Numbered from the stretch's first letter, positions 19,715 to 30,957 are shown. The stretch: DNA of 64,000 nt from Legionellales bacterium (GCA_018664045.1 JABJPE010000084.1:551-64550); one strand, 5' to 3'. Made by a program: numbers and translations. The notes: a model not told the origin generated them from the letters alone.

Positions 19715-20440
19715 ATGCGCCTAACAAATATAATTATCAAACAAAATATAACTCCTAGAGAAGTTGTTGAGCTAAGTATTAGCCATAAACACTATCTTAC
19801 TAATGTCTTAAGAAAAAAAGAAGATGACATCATAATAATATCTAGCCCTTCTGGTTATTTTTCTGCAAAAATAATAAAAACAAACGAACATGAAATAGCT
19901 ATTTTAATTTTGGAAAAAAAAGCAAAGCAAACAAATAGTCATTTAAATATTCATTTATTTCAAAGTATATGCCAACAAAAAAAAATGGACCTAATTGTTC
20001 AAAAAACGACCGAACTTGGTATTAATATAATAACCCCCATATCAACATCTAGATCTAAAATTGATATAACAGAAAATAAATATAATCAAAAAATTGAAAG
20101 GCTAAAAGTTATTTCTGAAAATGCGTGCCAACAATCTCAACGAAATATTGTTCCTATAATAAATTCCTTAACAGATATAACAAAAATAAAAACTAAAACC
20201 AATGAACTAAACATAATGCTTAGTCCAAATGCAGATAAAACATTAACATCAATTATACCCGAAACTACAGATATAAATATATTAATTGGCCCAGAAGGAG
20301 GCCTCTCTAAATCAGAAGAGATTTTTTTACAAAATAATAATTTCATCTCAGTAAAATTTGGCCCAAGGATTTTAAGAACAGAAACAGCAGCTATTGCAAT
20401 AACATCTGCGATTAATGCCATATGGGGTGACTGCTGCTAG
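19715..20440 (+). CDS. rsmE: 16S rRNA (uracil1498-N3)-methyltransferase
   Basis: HKHYLTNVLRKKEDD, GPEGGLSKSEE and GPRILRTETAAI, which are the RsmE signature regions. Confidence 0.85.
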   Translation: MRLTNIIIKQNITPREVVELSISHKHYLTNVLRKKEDDIIIISSPSGYFSAKIIKTNEHEIAILILEKKAKQTNSHLNIHLFQSICQQKKMDLIVQKTTELGINIITPISTSRSKIDITENKYNQKIERLKVISENACQQSQRNIVPIINSLTDITKIKTKTNELNIMLSPNADKTLTSIIPETTDINILIGPEGGLSKSEEIFLQNNNFISVKFGPRILRTETAAIAITSAINAIWGDCC

Positions 20441-20727
20441 CAGACACACCTCGTGAGATAATGCCCATTAATCACTGCGATATATCTTAAAAAAACATAA
20501 GGCTATTTCTAGCTAAAATTAAAACTTATGATTTTACAAACTCATACTAAAAAACAACTAACCACTGCCTTATTAAGAATAAAATATAGTGGTTGTTATG
20601 GGCAGCATAACATGATAAATTTTTATTATCTTATGCGCTAAAAGAAACTCTCTTATAGCAACTTACAATGGATTGAAGTTTTAAACGGATTTAGATACAG
20701 GATGTAGATCTCGCATGGAATAGCGGT

Positions 20728-20757
20728 GAAGAGGGGGATAAATCCCTCTCTTCTTTT
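20728..20757. terminator. GC-rich hairpin between convergent rsmE and pitA (T-run on the + strand side)
   Basis: GAAGAGGGGG-ATAAAT-CCCTCTCTTC forms a 10-bp stem (one G.U) followed by TTTTAAT on the + strand. On the minus strand it begins 2 nt after the pitA stop but has no U-run. Confidence 0.6.
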
Positions 20758-22015
20758 AATAAAGAAAACTAGAAATAATATAAAAGAATACCACAGATAA
20801 AAGCATTCCAACTGGGAATGTAATAAACCATGACAAAAATATATTTCTCACAACTACAATATTAATTGCATCAATACCTCTAGCCATACCAACACCCAAA
20901 ACAGAACCAACAAGAATATGTGTGGTTGAAACAGGTATACCAAGTCCAGAAGCGACGACCACAATAGACGCAGTAGATAACTGTGCCACAAAACCCCTAC
21001 TAGGAGTAAGCTCGGTTATATTTTTGCCAACTGTTGCTATAACTTTGTACCCATACATCACTAGTCCAGAGACAATACCAAAAGCACCAAGGAAAAAGAT
21101 CCAATGAGGTATTGATATGCCAGAAATCATAGTGCCGCCAGAATTAACAATTGCTGAAATTGCAGCCAAAGGAGCTATGGCATTTGCAACGTCATTTGAA
21201 CCATGAGCAAATGCCATAGCACATGCTGTAACAATAGCAAGGAGACCAAAAACTCTCTCAACAAGAGCATATGATTCCTTTAAGCTTATTCTGGCACGAT
21301 GAAGAGCTATTTCCCTTAAAATAAAGTAGCTAATTAACGCACAAATAAAAGAAATTAAAAATATATAACTTAAAGACTCAACCCTTGTAAACACAAGACC
21401 CAATGCATCAATACTCGCAAAAAAAACAACACTCAACATTATCGAAACAACAATAAAAACATAATAAGGAACTGTTTTTTTAGCTTGCCGCGCAGGTTTA
21501 CTATGTTCAAATATTGTTTTTTGTACAAACTTAAATAGGAAATAGGAAATAAAACCTGAAAAAATAGGAGTTACAAGCCAGCTAACCAAAATAGTTAATA
21601 AACCACTCCAATTAATGTTATCAAGGCCAACACATACCCAGCCGAAACCAAATACAGCACCTATTATAGTGTGCGTAGTCGATACTGGCCAGCCCCTAAT
21701 TGAAGCCAATAACAGCCAAACACCTGATGACAGAAGGGCAGATAGCATACCATTTATTAACAAAAGGGGGTGGTCATTCAACACATCCACGTTGATAATA
21801 CCATGTGATATTGTACTGGTAACATTGCCACTGGCTAATACTGAGCCCAGGGCCTCAAATATTGCTGCCACAACTATAGCCTGACGCAAAGTTAAAACAC
21901 CTGCTCCAACCGAAATCCCCATAGCGTTGGCAACATCATTAGAACCAATTGCCCAAGCCATAAAAAACCCAAAAAAAGCAGAAATTGTTATTATTAAAGC
22001 TCCGTTTTCAATCAT
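20756..22015 (-). CDS. pitA: inorganic phosphate transporter, PiT family
   Basis: Duplicated GSNDVANA motifs (N- and C-terminal halves) in a 419-aa multi-pass protein. Confidence 0.92.
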   Translation of the reverse strand: MIENGALIITISAFFGFFMAWAIGSNDVANAMGISVGAGVLTLRQAIVVAAIFEALGSVLASGNVTSTISHGIINVDVLNDHPLLLINGMLSALLSSGVWLLLASIRGWPVSTTHTIIGAVFGFGWVCVGLDNINWSGLLTILVSWLVTPIFSGFISYFLFKFVQKTIFEHSKPARQAKKTVPYYVFIVVSIMLSVVFFASIDALGLVFTRVESLSYIFLISFICALISYFILREIALHRARISLKESYALVERVFGLLAIVTACAMAFAHGSNDVANAIAPLAAISAIVNSGGTMISGISIPHWIFFLGAFGIVSGLVMYGYKVIATVGKNITELTPSRGFVAQLSTASIVVVASGLGIPVSTTHILVGSVLGVGMARGIDAINIVVVRNIFLSWFITFPVGMLLSVVFFYIISSFLY

Positions 22016-22040
22016 AATTAATGTCTACCTAAAAAACATA

Positions 22041-22880
22041 CTAATCTGACACAACTGGAAGCATGCCAGAAGAAATATAATGATGCAATAAAGATCTCAT
22101 ATTTCCACTTGCCATTTTTACTCTACTTAAAGTGAGCTCATGGCTTAAGCTGTCATCTCCGCACCCTGCTGCAAGATTTGAAATAAGAGATAATACTGCA
22201 ACCTTTAAACCGTAAAAACGTGCTGTTATTACCTCAGGGACCGTAGACATACCGATAACTTGCCCACCTAAAACTCTAAAAGCTTTTATCTCTGCTGGAG
22301 TCTCAAAACAAGGGCCTAATGTACTTACATACACCCCTTTGTATAATTTTATATTATTTTCTGTCGCAATTGATTCAATATTATCTCTAAAAACACTGTC
22401 ATAGGCATTTTCTAATCCAACAAACCTACTATTTGTACTATTTATACCCATAAGTGGATTATTAAAATGTAAATTTATATGGTCTGTTATAGCTACGATT
22501 GATCCTACAGGGATGCTTGTATCAATGGCTCCTGCAGCATTTGTCATTAATATTTTCTTGCATCCAAAAGACTGGATAGCCTGAATAAAAACATGAAAAG
22601 ATTCACTACTAGCACCTTCATACCAATGAGGCCTTCCTTGTAGAAATAAAACCTTAACTCCATTTAAGTCACCATAAACAAAATTACCATCATGGCCCTC
22701 AACACTTGTTTTTCTAAGACCAGGTATTTTATCATAAGAAAAAAGTTTTTTGTTCTCTAGCTCGCCAGTTAAACTAGATAACCCAGAGCCCAAAACAACT
22801 GCAGTTTCTGCACGAAAATCTCCTATTTCTTTACATACGGCCTCAGCTGTTCTTTTTTGTAATACAGTTATATCTATCAT
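22041..22880 (-). CDS. punA: purine nucleoside phosphorylase (PNP family 2, PunA/XapA type)
   Basis: VVLGSGLS, VEGHDGNFVYG, GRPHWYEG, TNAAGAI and GPCFETPAEI...GMSTVPEVITA. Confidence 0.88.
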   Translation of the reverse strand: MIDITVLQKRTAEAVCKEIGDFRAETAVVLGSGLSSLTGELENKKLFSYDKIPGLRKTSVEGHDGNFVYGDLNGVKVLFLQGRPHWYEGASSESFHVFIQAIQSFGCKKILMTNAAGAIDTSIPVGSIVAITDHINLHFNNPLMGINSTNSRFVGLENAYDSVFRDNIESIATENNIKLYKGVYVSTLGPCFETPAEIKAFRVLGGQVIGMSTVPEVITARFYGLKVAVLSLISNLAAGCGDDSLSHELTLSRVKMASGNMRSLLHHYISSGMLPVVSD

Positions 22881-22889
22881 TTTTACAAC

Positions 22890-23570
22890 CTATCTTGAAA
22901 CCAATATTATTAACTGTACACCAACTTTTTGTGCGCAGTCAGCTAAATTACCTATTTTCTTTATTATCTCATAAAGAAAAATAACATCTAAAGGAGGTAA
23001 ATCATTTTCTAAGGCAAATATTTTGCGTCTCAATTCAATTTGTAATTTGTCATTTGAGCTCTCTATATTATTTAAATCTGATATAATGGATTCCGTAACA
23101 TCATTAACTGACCCAGAAAAACCAGACTCTATTATCTGACTTAATTCGGCAATAGCTTTTTCAGCATGAAAACAAGCATTAATTGAACTATCTAAATATT
23201 TAACCATATCTGAATGAATAGAAAGCGGGAACTTCATTTTTCTTCCATATATCAAACCTGCTAAATCCTCTGATATATTAGCTATTTCATCCTGATACAT
23301 AAGTAATGATAAAACCTGACCTTTTGATACTGGTAAAAAAACACCTTTATGTAGGTTTTGGCATACTTCGATTTTTAATGAATCAGATTTACTTTCATAC
23401 CTACTAATGCTTAATAAAAAATTCTTTGCTTCAGACCAATCAGATTTTAACGATGCATTTAAAAAATCAGAAAGAATTAATGCAGACTTACATGATTTAC
23501 TCATATGTTTTTGCAGTAACTTAAATGGGGACTTGGCTACAATATTTAAAACGGTAGGCTTAAAAACCAT
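22890..23570 (-). CDS. DUF47 / TIGR00153 family protein (PhoU-like phosphate transport regulator, usual Pit partner)
   Basis: 226-aa all-helical protein in the Pit operon context. N-terminal pattern FKLLQKHMSKS...; recognised by family resemblance only. Confidence 0.65.
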   Translation of the reverse strand: MVFKPTVLNIVAKSPFKLLQKHMSKSCKSALILSDFLNASLKSDWSEAKNFLLSISRYESKSDSLKIEVCQNLHKGVFLPVSKGQVLSLLMYQDEIANISEDLAGLIYGRKMKFPLSIHSDMVKYLDSSINACFHAEKAIAELSQIIESGFSGSVNDVTESIISDLNNIESSNDKLQIELRRKIFALENDLPPLDVIFLYEIIKKIGNLADCAQKVGVQLIILVSR

Positions 23571-23579
23571 AAAACACCT

Positions 23580-23780
23580 TTAATAATTTTGGCTACTCTT
23601 TAGCATCCAGACACAATAGTAAATAAACAATATCAAACCTAAAGCAAGTATTCCAAGAGTATACATACTTTTAATTAAATTAGTAGTAGAAAAAGCATCC
23701 TTTTGCTTACGTATAAATTGGTATAAAAAATAAAGCATACCCGCAGCCATTATATAATATAATATTTCTTCCCAATTCAA
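23580..23780 (-). CDS. small hypothetical membrane protein
   Basis: 66 aa with two hydrophobic helices, between pyk and the DUF47 gene on the same strand. No recognised family. Confidence 0.35.
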   Translation of the reverse strand: MNWEEILYYIMAAGMLYFLYQFIRKQKDAFSTTNLIKSMYTLGILALGLILFIYYCVWMLKSSQNY

Positions 23781-23790
23781 AACATACCCC

Positions 23791-25233
23791 CTATATAACC
23801 TTTCTCACTTTACCAACTTCAAGTATCTTAATAGCATTAGAGCCATGATCCTCACCCATATAATCACCTTTAGTTAAAATAACATTATCTCCATTAGATA
23901 AGTATGAAAGTTTTTCTAATTCAGCCACAGCATTAAAATTAACCAATCCGTAAGGAGTAGCTGTGACATCAAAGGGTACAGGTATTACATCACGATAAAG
24001 CATCATTCTCTGCCTTGCACTTTTATTTCTACTTAGTCCGTATACCGGAATACCGCTTCTAACTCTTGACATTAACAGAGGTGTTTTTCCAGACTCTGTT
24101 AGTGCTATTATAGCCGCTACTTTCATACTATTGGCTATGTACATCGCAGCAAAAGAAATAGCTTGGTCAGTATTAGAAAAAGTGTTTTTAACCCCAGGGG
24201 TGTTTATATTGACTGAATATTTCTCAGCTGAAATACAAACATTAACAACAGCATCAACAACCTCTATTGGAAAGCTTCCTACAGCAGTTTCAGCAGATAA
24301 CATAACAGCATCAGCACCATCTAGAACGGCATTAGCAACATCAGATACTTCAGCACGAGTAGGAACTCTTTGATGTATCATAGATTCCATCATTTGAGTT
24401 GCCACAATAACTGGCTTAGACATACTTCTAGAAAGTTTAACAAGTTTTTTCTGAACCCCAGGGACTTCAGCCTCCCCTATTTCAATAGCAAGATCACCAC
24501 GGGCAATCATAATGCCATCAGCAGCATCAATTATATCTATAATGTTTTCCACAGCTTCAATACGCTCTATTTTTGCTATAATAGCAGCATCTCCATTAAA
24601 CTGTTTAATAAGCTCTCTTCCATATTCTATATCCTGTTTAGATCTTACAAATGATAATGCTATAAAGTCAGCTGCTAAACCCACAGCAGTTTCTATATCT
24701 AAAATATCCTTAGTCGTAATTGCTCCAGCAGACAGCCCTCCTCCTTGTAAATTTATGCCTTTATGATCAGAAAGCTCTTCATTCACCATAGACTCACACA
24801 CAATTTTTTTGCCTATTATATTAACCACTTTAAGGCTAATCTGGCCATCACCCAACCGTAAAACATTACCTACAACAACGTCTTTATATAAATTTTTATA
24901 GTCTAATCCGACCCTACTAACATCCCCATCTTTTTCCCCGAGGTCAGGGTCCAATGTAAATTTTTGCCCTTCTTTTAATAATACTTTTCCATTAACAAAA
25001 CTAGATATTCTTATTTTAGGGCCCTGAATATCAGCCAGTATAGCAACCTCCCTACCCTCATTAGCAGCTACCTTTCTTACATTTTCAAAGCTTTCCTTAT
25101 GTTGCGCAGAACACCCATGAGAAAAATTCACTCTAAATACATCTACGCCTTTAGATATAAGATCTTTTATTTTGCTTACGCTAGAGCTTGCTGGACCCAG
25201 TGTGGCAACTATTTTGGTTTTTTTATGCATCAT
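23791..25233 (-). CDS. pyk: pyruvate kinase
   Basis: KTKIVATLGPAS, VFRVNFSHG, IIAKIE, MIARGDLAIEIG and ATQMMESM. Confidence 0.95.
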   Translation of the reverse strand: MMHKKTKIVATLGPASSSVSKIKDLISKGVDVFRVNFSHGCSAQHKESFENVRKVAANEGREVAILADIQGPKIRISSFVNGKVLLKEGQKFTLDPDLGEKDGDVSRVGLDYKNLYKDVVVGNVLRLGDGQISLKVVNIIGKKIVCESMVNEELSDHKGINLQGGGLSAGAITTKDILDIETAVGLAADFIALSFVRSKQDIEYGRELIKQFNGDAAIIAKIERIEAVENIIDIIDAADGIMIARGDLAIEIGEAEVPGVQKKLVKLSRSMSKPVIVATQMMESMIHQRVPTRAEVSDVANAVLDGADAVMLSAETAVGSFPIEVVDAVVNVCISAEKYSVNINTPGVKNTFSNTDQAISFAAMYIANSMKVAAIIALTESGKTPLLMSRVRSGIPVYGLSRNKSARQRMMLYRDVIPVPFDVTATPYGLVNFNAVAELEKLSYLSNGDNVILTKGDYMGEDHGSNAIKILEVGKVRKVI

Positions 25234-26392
25234 TAATGACCTTTGTTTTTAATAAATCAAGTGCTGGCAATGATCTATTCGCTAATAAATCCAGAAAAGC
25301 ACCGCCTCCAGTAGAAGTATATGAAATATAATCCACAACACCTGCTTCTGCAACAACTCTCAAGGTGTCCCCACCTCCAATTATACTATAAGCATCACTG
25401 CCAGCTAAAGTTTTAGCAAAAAACAAACTACCTTTAGAATATAACCTGTTTTCAAACATTCCTAGAGGGCCATTCCAAATAACGGTGCTGGAATTTTTAA
25501 TAATTTCCTCTAGAGCCAAACATGTTCCAGAGCCTACATCATAAATAATATCCCCATCTATAATTTCATTTTTGTTTTTTTCAATAGAATCTATATTATT
25601 ATCCGGGTTAGCAACAATAAAATCATGCGGCAAATATAGCACAACACCTTTACTAGCAGCTCTATCTGAGAGCTTTTTTGCTAAACTTACCTTATCATTT
25701 TCACACAATGATTTCCCAATATTATATGATTTTGCTTTTAAAAAGGTATTAGCCATTCCTCCGACAACAGCCAACACATCAACAAAATCTAATAAAGAGT
25801 CCAATAAATCAATCTTTCCGGTAATTTTTGCACCACCAACAACAGCTAGAACTGGGCGCTTTGGTGCTAAAAACAAATCTTTTATAGCAGCTACTTCACT
25901 GTCTAGTAAAAAACCTACACAAGCTTCTTTACTAAAGTTCATAACTCCATAGGTAGATGCGTGCATCCTATGAGAGGATGCAAAAGCATCCATTACATAA
26001 ACATCACAACATGAACTCATTTTTTTAGAAAGAACCTCACTATTGGTAGTTTCTCCACTGAAAAACCTTGTGTTTTCGTAAAGATAAATATAGTCATTAC
26101 TTAGCTCAATATCAGAGTCAAAATCATTTAATAGTAATACTTTCTTATCTAAAAAATCCTCTAGCATTTTGGCTATAGGTTTTAAGGAATAATCCTTATT
26201 ATAACCTTCAGGTCTACCTAAGTGACTCATAATAGTACAAATACCGCCCTGTCCTATTATATACTCAAAAGTTGCTAATGACCTTTTAATCCTAGTTGCG
26301 TCTTTTATAACACCTTTTTCTATTGGAACGTTTAAATCAGCCCTAACTAATGCTACTTTTCCCTGCCATAATATATCCTTTATCTTTAACAT
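25223..26392 (-). CDS. pgk: phosphoglycerate kinase
   Basis: VRADLNVP, MSHLGRP, VVGGAKITGKI and STGGGAFLDLL. Confidence 0.95.
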   Translation of the reverse strand: MLKIKDILWQGKVALVRADLNVPIEKGVIKDATRIKRSLATFEYIIGQGGICTIMSHLGRPEGYNKDYSLKPIAKMLEDFLDKKVLLLNDFDSDIELSNDYIYLYENTRFFSGETTNSEVLSKKMSSCCDVYVMDAFASSHRMHASTYGVMNFSKEACVGFLLDSEVAAIKDLFLAPKRPVLAVVGGAKITGKIDLLDSLLDFVDVLAVVGGMANTFLKAKSYNIGKSLCENDKVSLAKKLSDRAASKGVVLYLPHDFIVANPDNNIDSIEKNKNEIIDGDIIYDVGSGTCLALEEIIKNSSTVIWNGPLGMFENRLYSKGSLFFAKTLAGSDAYSIIGGGDTLRVVAEAGVVDYISYTSTGGGAFLDLLANRSLPALDLLKTKVINDA

Positions 26393-26438
26393 AACGCCCT
26401 CTATTCTAAACCGATAAATAAAATATTATATTGTTTCC

Positions 26439-27449
26439 CTAGTCAATACTAGCAAAAGCCAATGTGGTATCTATCATCCGGTTTGCAAAACCCCATTCAT
26501 TATCATACCAAGCTAGCACCTTAACCGAAGTCCCAATTACTCTAGTCTGAGTTAAATCTGCAATAGAAGAAGCACTGTTATGATTAAAGTCTACTGATAC
26601 CAGAGGTTTTTCATTAATAGCTAAAACTCCAGAAAGATCACTCGAAGCTGCGTCATTAATATATTTATTAACTTCCGCCACTGTGGTTTCTCGTTTTGCT
26701 TGAAAAGTCAAATCTACCACAGAAACGTTTGCAGTTGGAACTCTCATAGCAAATCCATCTAGCTTTCCGAGTAACTCAGGTATAACTAAACCAATAGCGG
26801 CGGCTGCACCAGTTTTAGTAGGGATCATAGAAAGCCCTGCTGCACGCGCTCTACGTAAATCAGAATGATAAACATCCGTTATACTTTGGTCGCTGGTATA
26901 AGCATGAATAGTTGTCATTAAACCACTTTCAATCCCTATGTTCTGCTGTAACGGCAGAACCAAAGGGGCGAGACAATTTGTTGTACATGAGGCATTAGAT
27001 ATAATTTTATGTTTAGAACTAAGTTGATCGTGATTAACTCCATAAACTATAGTCGCATCTATATCAGTTCCCGCAGGAGCTGATATTATAACTTTTTTTG
27101 CGCCTGAGTCTATATGAGCCTGCGATTTAGATTTGCTAGCAAAAAAACCTGTACACTCATGCACAATATCCACACCAAGATCATGCCAGGGTAAATTTTT
27201 AGGATCCCTCTCCTGAAAAAACTTAACTTCCTTACCGTTTATAGTAGCAACGTTACCGTTATGGTCACAGCTAAAATTAAAATGGCCATGGACAGAGTCA
27301 AACTCTAATAGGTGAAGCAGAGTTTCTGGGGGAGCCAAATCATTAATAGCAATAATCTCTATATCACTATCACTATAGTTCTCATAGATAGCCCTAAAAA
27401 TATTGCGTCCTATACGACCAAAACCGTTAATAGCAACCTTAATCGACAT
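26439..27449 (-). CDS. gap: glyceraldehyde-3-phosphate dehydrogenase
   Basis: The start is set at [15 protein letters not shown] (AAGGAGAA upstream; 11-nt overlap with the tkt stop). Active site [12 protein letters not shown] and WYDNEWGF. Confidence 0.95.
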   Translation of the reverse strand: MSIKVAINGFGRIGRNIFRAIYENYSDSDIEIIAINDLAPPETLLHLLEFDSVHGHFNFSCDHNGNVATINGKEVKFFQERDPKNLPWHDLGVDIVHECTGFFASKSKSQAHIDSGAKKVIISAPAGTDIDATIVYGVNHDQLSSKHKIISNASCTTNCLAPLVLPLQQNIGIESGLMTTIHAYTSDQSITDVYHSDLRRARAAGLSMIPTKTGAAAAIGLVIPELLGKLDGFAMRVPTANVSVVDLTFQAKRETTVAEVNKYINDAASSDLSGVLAINEKPLVSVDFNHNSASSIADLTQTRVIGTSVKVLAWYDNEWGFANRMIDTTLAFASID

Positions 27450-29466
27450 AACCATTCTCCTTGTTAAAAACCTTCCCCATGCTGATACATAATTTTTCAA
27501 CACAATTAACTATATTTGGCACTGTGAAACCAAACTCACTAAAAACATCAGCACCTGTACCTGATTCACCATATCGATCCAAACCAATAACAATACCAGA
27601 GTCCCCAGTTAAAATATGCCAACCAAATGATGAGCCTGCCTCAATAGCGACTCTACATTTTATATGTGGCGGCAAAACACTATCACGATAATCTTTATCC
27701 TGAGCTAAAAATTCATCCATACAAGGCATAGAGACAACATTAATATTTATATTTTTTATTTCTTTAGCTGCATTAACTGCAAGATCAACCTCAGAACCAG
27801 TGGCTATAATAATAGCATCAATATTTTTAGAATTACTATAGAGTAAGTAGCCGCCCTTTTTGATTAAAGAAAGCTTACCATCTTTTCTTGCTTGAGTTGG
27901 TAAACTTTGCCTAGATAACAATAAACAAGTTGGGCCATCTAAATAATCTAAAGCAGCCTTCCACGCAACAGCCGTCTCAACCATATCACAAGGACGCCAA
28001 ACCTTAACCCCAGGGGTGGCTCTGAGCATAGCAATGTGCTCAATAGGTTGATGAGTAGGCCCATCTTCTCCAAGACCAATAGAATCATGTGTTAATATGT
28101 ATATAACCCTGCTTTTATTCATAGCAGCAATACGTAAAGCGTTCTTTCCATAATCAACAAAAGTTAAAAAAGTTCCTACAAAAGGAATGAATCCACCGTA
28201 TAAAGACATGCCATTTGCAATAGCAAACATACCAAACTCTCTTACTCCAAAATGCAGGTAATTAGCCCCATTCCAAGAATCTTTTACAGCAATAGCTTTA
28301 TTTGTTTCAGTTAAGTTTGAGCATGACAGGTCAGCTGAACCACCAAATAACATAGGAAAATGATCTTGAAAAAAATCAATACAAACATTTGAGGCTTTTC
28401 GAGTTGCTATATTTAATTTTTGTTGCTGTAGATCAACTAACCAGCTTTCAACTTCACTTGTAACATTATTGCTCTCACTAAGTCTTGCTTGTAGCTGCCC
28501 TGCTAATTCAGGATATCTTAGCTTGTACTCATTAAATAATTTTTGCCATTCAGACTCGGCTTGGGCTCCAGTTTCTGTTTGATCCCAAGCACTCATGATG
28601 TTATCTGGTATAACAAAAGGAGGAAAATCCCAGTTTAAGTTTTTTCTAGTAGCTGCTACCTCTTGCTCACCTAAAGGAGAGCCATGAACTTTAGCTGTAT
28701 CAGCAAAGTTAGGCGAACCAAATCCAATCTGGGTATTACAACAAATTAAAGTTGGTTTATTTGTGTTTTGTTGCGCCTCAAAAATTGCGGACTTAACTGA
28801 TCCCTCATTATGCCCATCAATATTTTCTATAACCTGAAATCCATAAGATCGATATCGATCAGCAACACTTTCGTTAAACCAGGACTCAACTTTTCCGTCT
28901 ATAGAAATACCATTGTTATCCCAAAATATGATTAACTTGCTTAGCTCAAGGGTGCCAGCTAAAGAGCTTACCTCATGAGAAATACCCTCCATTAAACAAC
29001 CATCACCGACAAAAACATAGGTGTAATGGTCTATTATTTGTAAATCTTTTTTATTATAGGTTTTAGCTAAGTTTTTTTCACAAACAGCCATACCAACTGC
29101 ATTTGCAAGGCCTTGGCCCAAGGGCCCTGTTGTGGCCTCAACACCAGGGGTAACACCAAATTCTGGATGACCAGGTGTTTTAGATCCTATTTTTCGAAAT
29201 TCTTTTAAGTCATCACAACTAACATCATAACCTGTAAGGTGCAATAATGAATAAAGCAGCATTGAGCCGTGACCGTTAGAAAGTATAAAACGATCTCTAT
29301 TAAACCAGCTTGGATTTTTAGGGTTATGTTTTAAAATACCACCCCAAAGTGCAGATGCTATATCAGACATACCAAGAGGCATTCCAGGGTGTCCAGATTT
29401 TGCTCTCTCCACAGAGTCTATAGATAAAAATCTAATAGCGTTTGCCATATCTCTTGCATTTGACAT
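27439..29466 (-). CDS. tkt: transketolase
   Basis: [34 protein letters not shown] and [19 protein letters not shown]. Confidence 0.95.
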   Translation of the reverse strand: MSNARDMANAIRFLSIDSVERAKSGHPGMPLGMSDIASALWGGILKHNPKNPSWFNRDRFILSNGHGSMLLYSLLHLTGYDVSCDDLKEFRKIGSKTPGHPEFGVTPGVEATTGPLGQGLANAVGMAVCEKNLAKTYNKKDLQIIDHYTYVFVGDGCLMEGISHEVSSLAGTLELSKLIIFWDNNGISIDGKVESWFNESVADRYRSYGFQVIENIDGHNEGSVKSAIFEAQQNTNKPTLICCNTQIGFGSPNFADTAKVHGSPLGEQEVAATRKNLNWDFPPFVIPDNIMSAWDQTETGAQAESEWQKLFNEYKLRYPELAGQLQARLSESNNVTSEVESWLVDLQQQKLNIATRKASNVCIDFFQDHFPMLFGGSADLSCSNLTETNKAIAVKDSWNGANYLHFGVREFGMFAIANGMSLYGGFIPFVGTFLTFVDYGKNALRIAAMNKSRVIYILTHDSIGLGEDGPTHQPIEHIAMLRATPGVKVWRPCDMVETAVAWKAALDYLDGPTCLLLSRQSLPTQARKDGKLSLIKKGGYLLYSNSKNIDAIIIATGSEVDLAVNAAKEIKNININVVSMPCMDEFLAQDKDYRDSVLPPHIKCRVAIEAGSSFGWHILTGDSGIVIGLDRYGESGTGADVFSEFGFTVPNIVNCVEKLCISMGKVFNKENGYVD

Positions 29467-29670
29467 ATTAAAATCCTAAATTTTAGATGAAAATATAACA
29501 TTTAGCATAAACTTCTTTAAGTTCAAGGGCAAACAATAAATAAAAATATAACAGATGATAAAAAGAGTGTTTTTTACACAAAATAAACTTTTATTAGCTA
29601 TAAAATTTATTGCTATTAAAATTAATAAAAGATAATATATTGTGTAATTGTTACTAAGTTGGTACTAAAT

Positions 29671-30957
29671 ATGGAAAACAATAAATTAAAGTTTATTGAT
29701 AAAATACAGCAAAGAAGCTACTACCCTTGGATAGTTTGGACATTGTCGGCTGGGTTTTTCTTTACTGAATACCTGGTCCGATTAGAGCCAAGCATAACCA
29801 AACAACAACTTATGCAAGCATTTAGTTTAAATGCCACATCTTTTGGAACATTATCTGCATTTTTCACATTTTCATATGTAGCAATGCAAATACCAGTTGG
29901 TACCTTAATAGATAAATATGGTGCGCATAAACTCCTAACAATAAACACTATAGCTTGCGCTATTGGCTGTTTTATATTTGCAGCTTCAGATAGTCTTTAT
30001 CTGGCTCAAACAGGAAGACTTATTTCTGGAATTGGATCAGCATTTGCTTTTGTTGGCACACTAAGACTTGCAACATACTGGTTTCCTCCGCACAAAATAG
30101 GGCTAATTGCTGGAATGACTCAAGCTGCAGGAATGCTAGGTGCATCTGTAGGTGAAGGCCCGTTTGCTATGATCGTTAAAGTCATTGGTTGGCGCCAAAC
30201 AATGGGGTTAATAGGCCTTATAATATTAACTATTGGTATTTTAATAATGTTATTGGTGAGAGACAAACCATCAGAGAAAGGTTTTATTGGTGAAGATATT
30301 AAATATGGGCCAGGAATATGGGAGTGCTTTAAAGAAGTAATAAAAAACCCGCAAAGCTGGTATAATGGGATTTTTGTTGGGTTACTCTACTCACCTACTG
30401 CTGCTTTTGCTGAACTATGGGGAGTCCCTTTTTTAACAGAAACATACAACATGAGCACAGAAGTTGCCGCAACAGGAATTAGCGCAATATTTCTAGGGTG
30501 GGCAATTGGTGGACCAATTACAGGGTGGATATCAGACAAACAGGGGAAAAGAAAACCCACTATGGCTCTATCAGCACTATTAAGTGTAATAACTTTATCA
30601 ATGATTCTTTACATACCAAATTTAAGCACAACCTCACTTTTTATATTGTTATTTTTATACGGGATAACAAATACAGGTGTTGCGACATCATATGCTCTTT
30701 CTAGCGAAATAAATAAGACAGAAGTTAGCGGCACATCAATTGCATTTGCCAACATGGCATCAGTTATTATTGGATCTGGGTTCCAACCGATCATAGGTAA
30801 AATACTAGACAATACCTGGGATGGCACTATGATAAACGGAGTACCAGTTTACTCAATAAGCTCATACCATAGCGCACTATATTTACTACCATTGTGCCTG
30901 GTACTAGCATTTTTTATTACATTTAAAATAAAAGAAACCAACTGTAGAGGAAAATAG
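29671..30957 (+). CDS. MFS transporter, paralog of 175..1470
   Basis: GTLIDKYGAHKL loop 2-3 motif, 12 TM, shared C-terminal region (GKRKP, PNLSTT, IKETNC). The ATG at 29671 is preferred over the TTG at 29659. Confidence 0.85.
   Translation: MENNKLKFIDKIQQRSYYPWIVWTLSAGFFFTEYLVRLEPSITKQQLMQAFSLNATSFGTLSAFFTFSYVAMQIPVGTLIDKYGAHKLLTINTIACAIGCFIFAASDSLYLAQTGRLISGIGSAFAFVGTLRLATYWFPPHKIGLIAGMTQAAGMLGASVGEGPFAMIVKVIGWRQTMGLIGLIILTIGILIMLLVRDKPSEKGFIGEDIKYGPGIWECFKEVIKNPQSWYNGIFVGLLYSPTAAFAELWGVPFLTETYNMSTEVAATGISAIFLGWAIGGPITGWISDKQGKRKPTMALSALLSVITLSMILYIPNLSTTSLFILLFLYGITNTGVATSYALSSEINKTEVSGTSIAFANMASVIIGSGFQPIIGKILDNTWDGTMINGVPVYSISSYHSALYLLPLCLVLAFFITFKIKETNCRGK

Noticed and set aside
20441-20727. 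Known structured RNAs (6S, 4.5S/SRP, tmRNA, RNase P RNA) in the long rsmE/pitA spacer
   Set aside because: None of the conserved cores I can recall is present (SRP GGAAG...AGCAG, the RNase P P4 strands, the tmRNA tRNA-like ends). It is kept only as an unclassified sRNA candidate.
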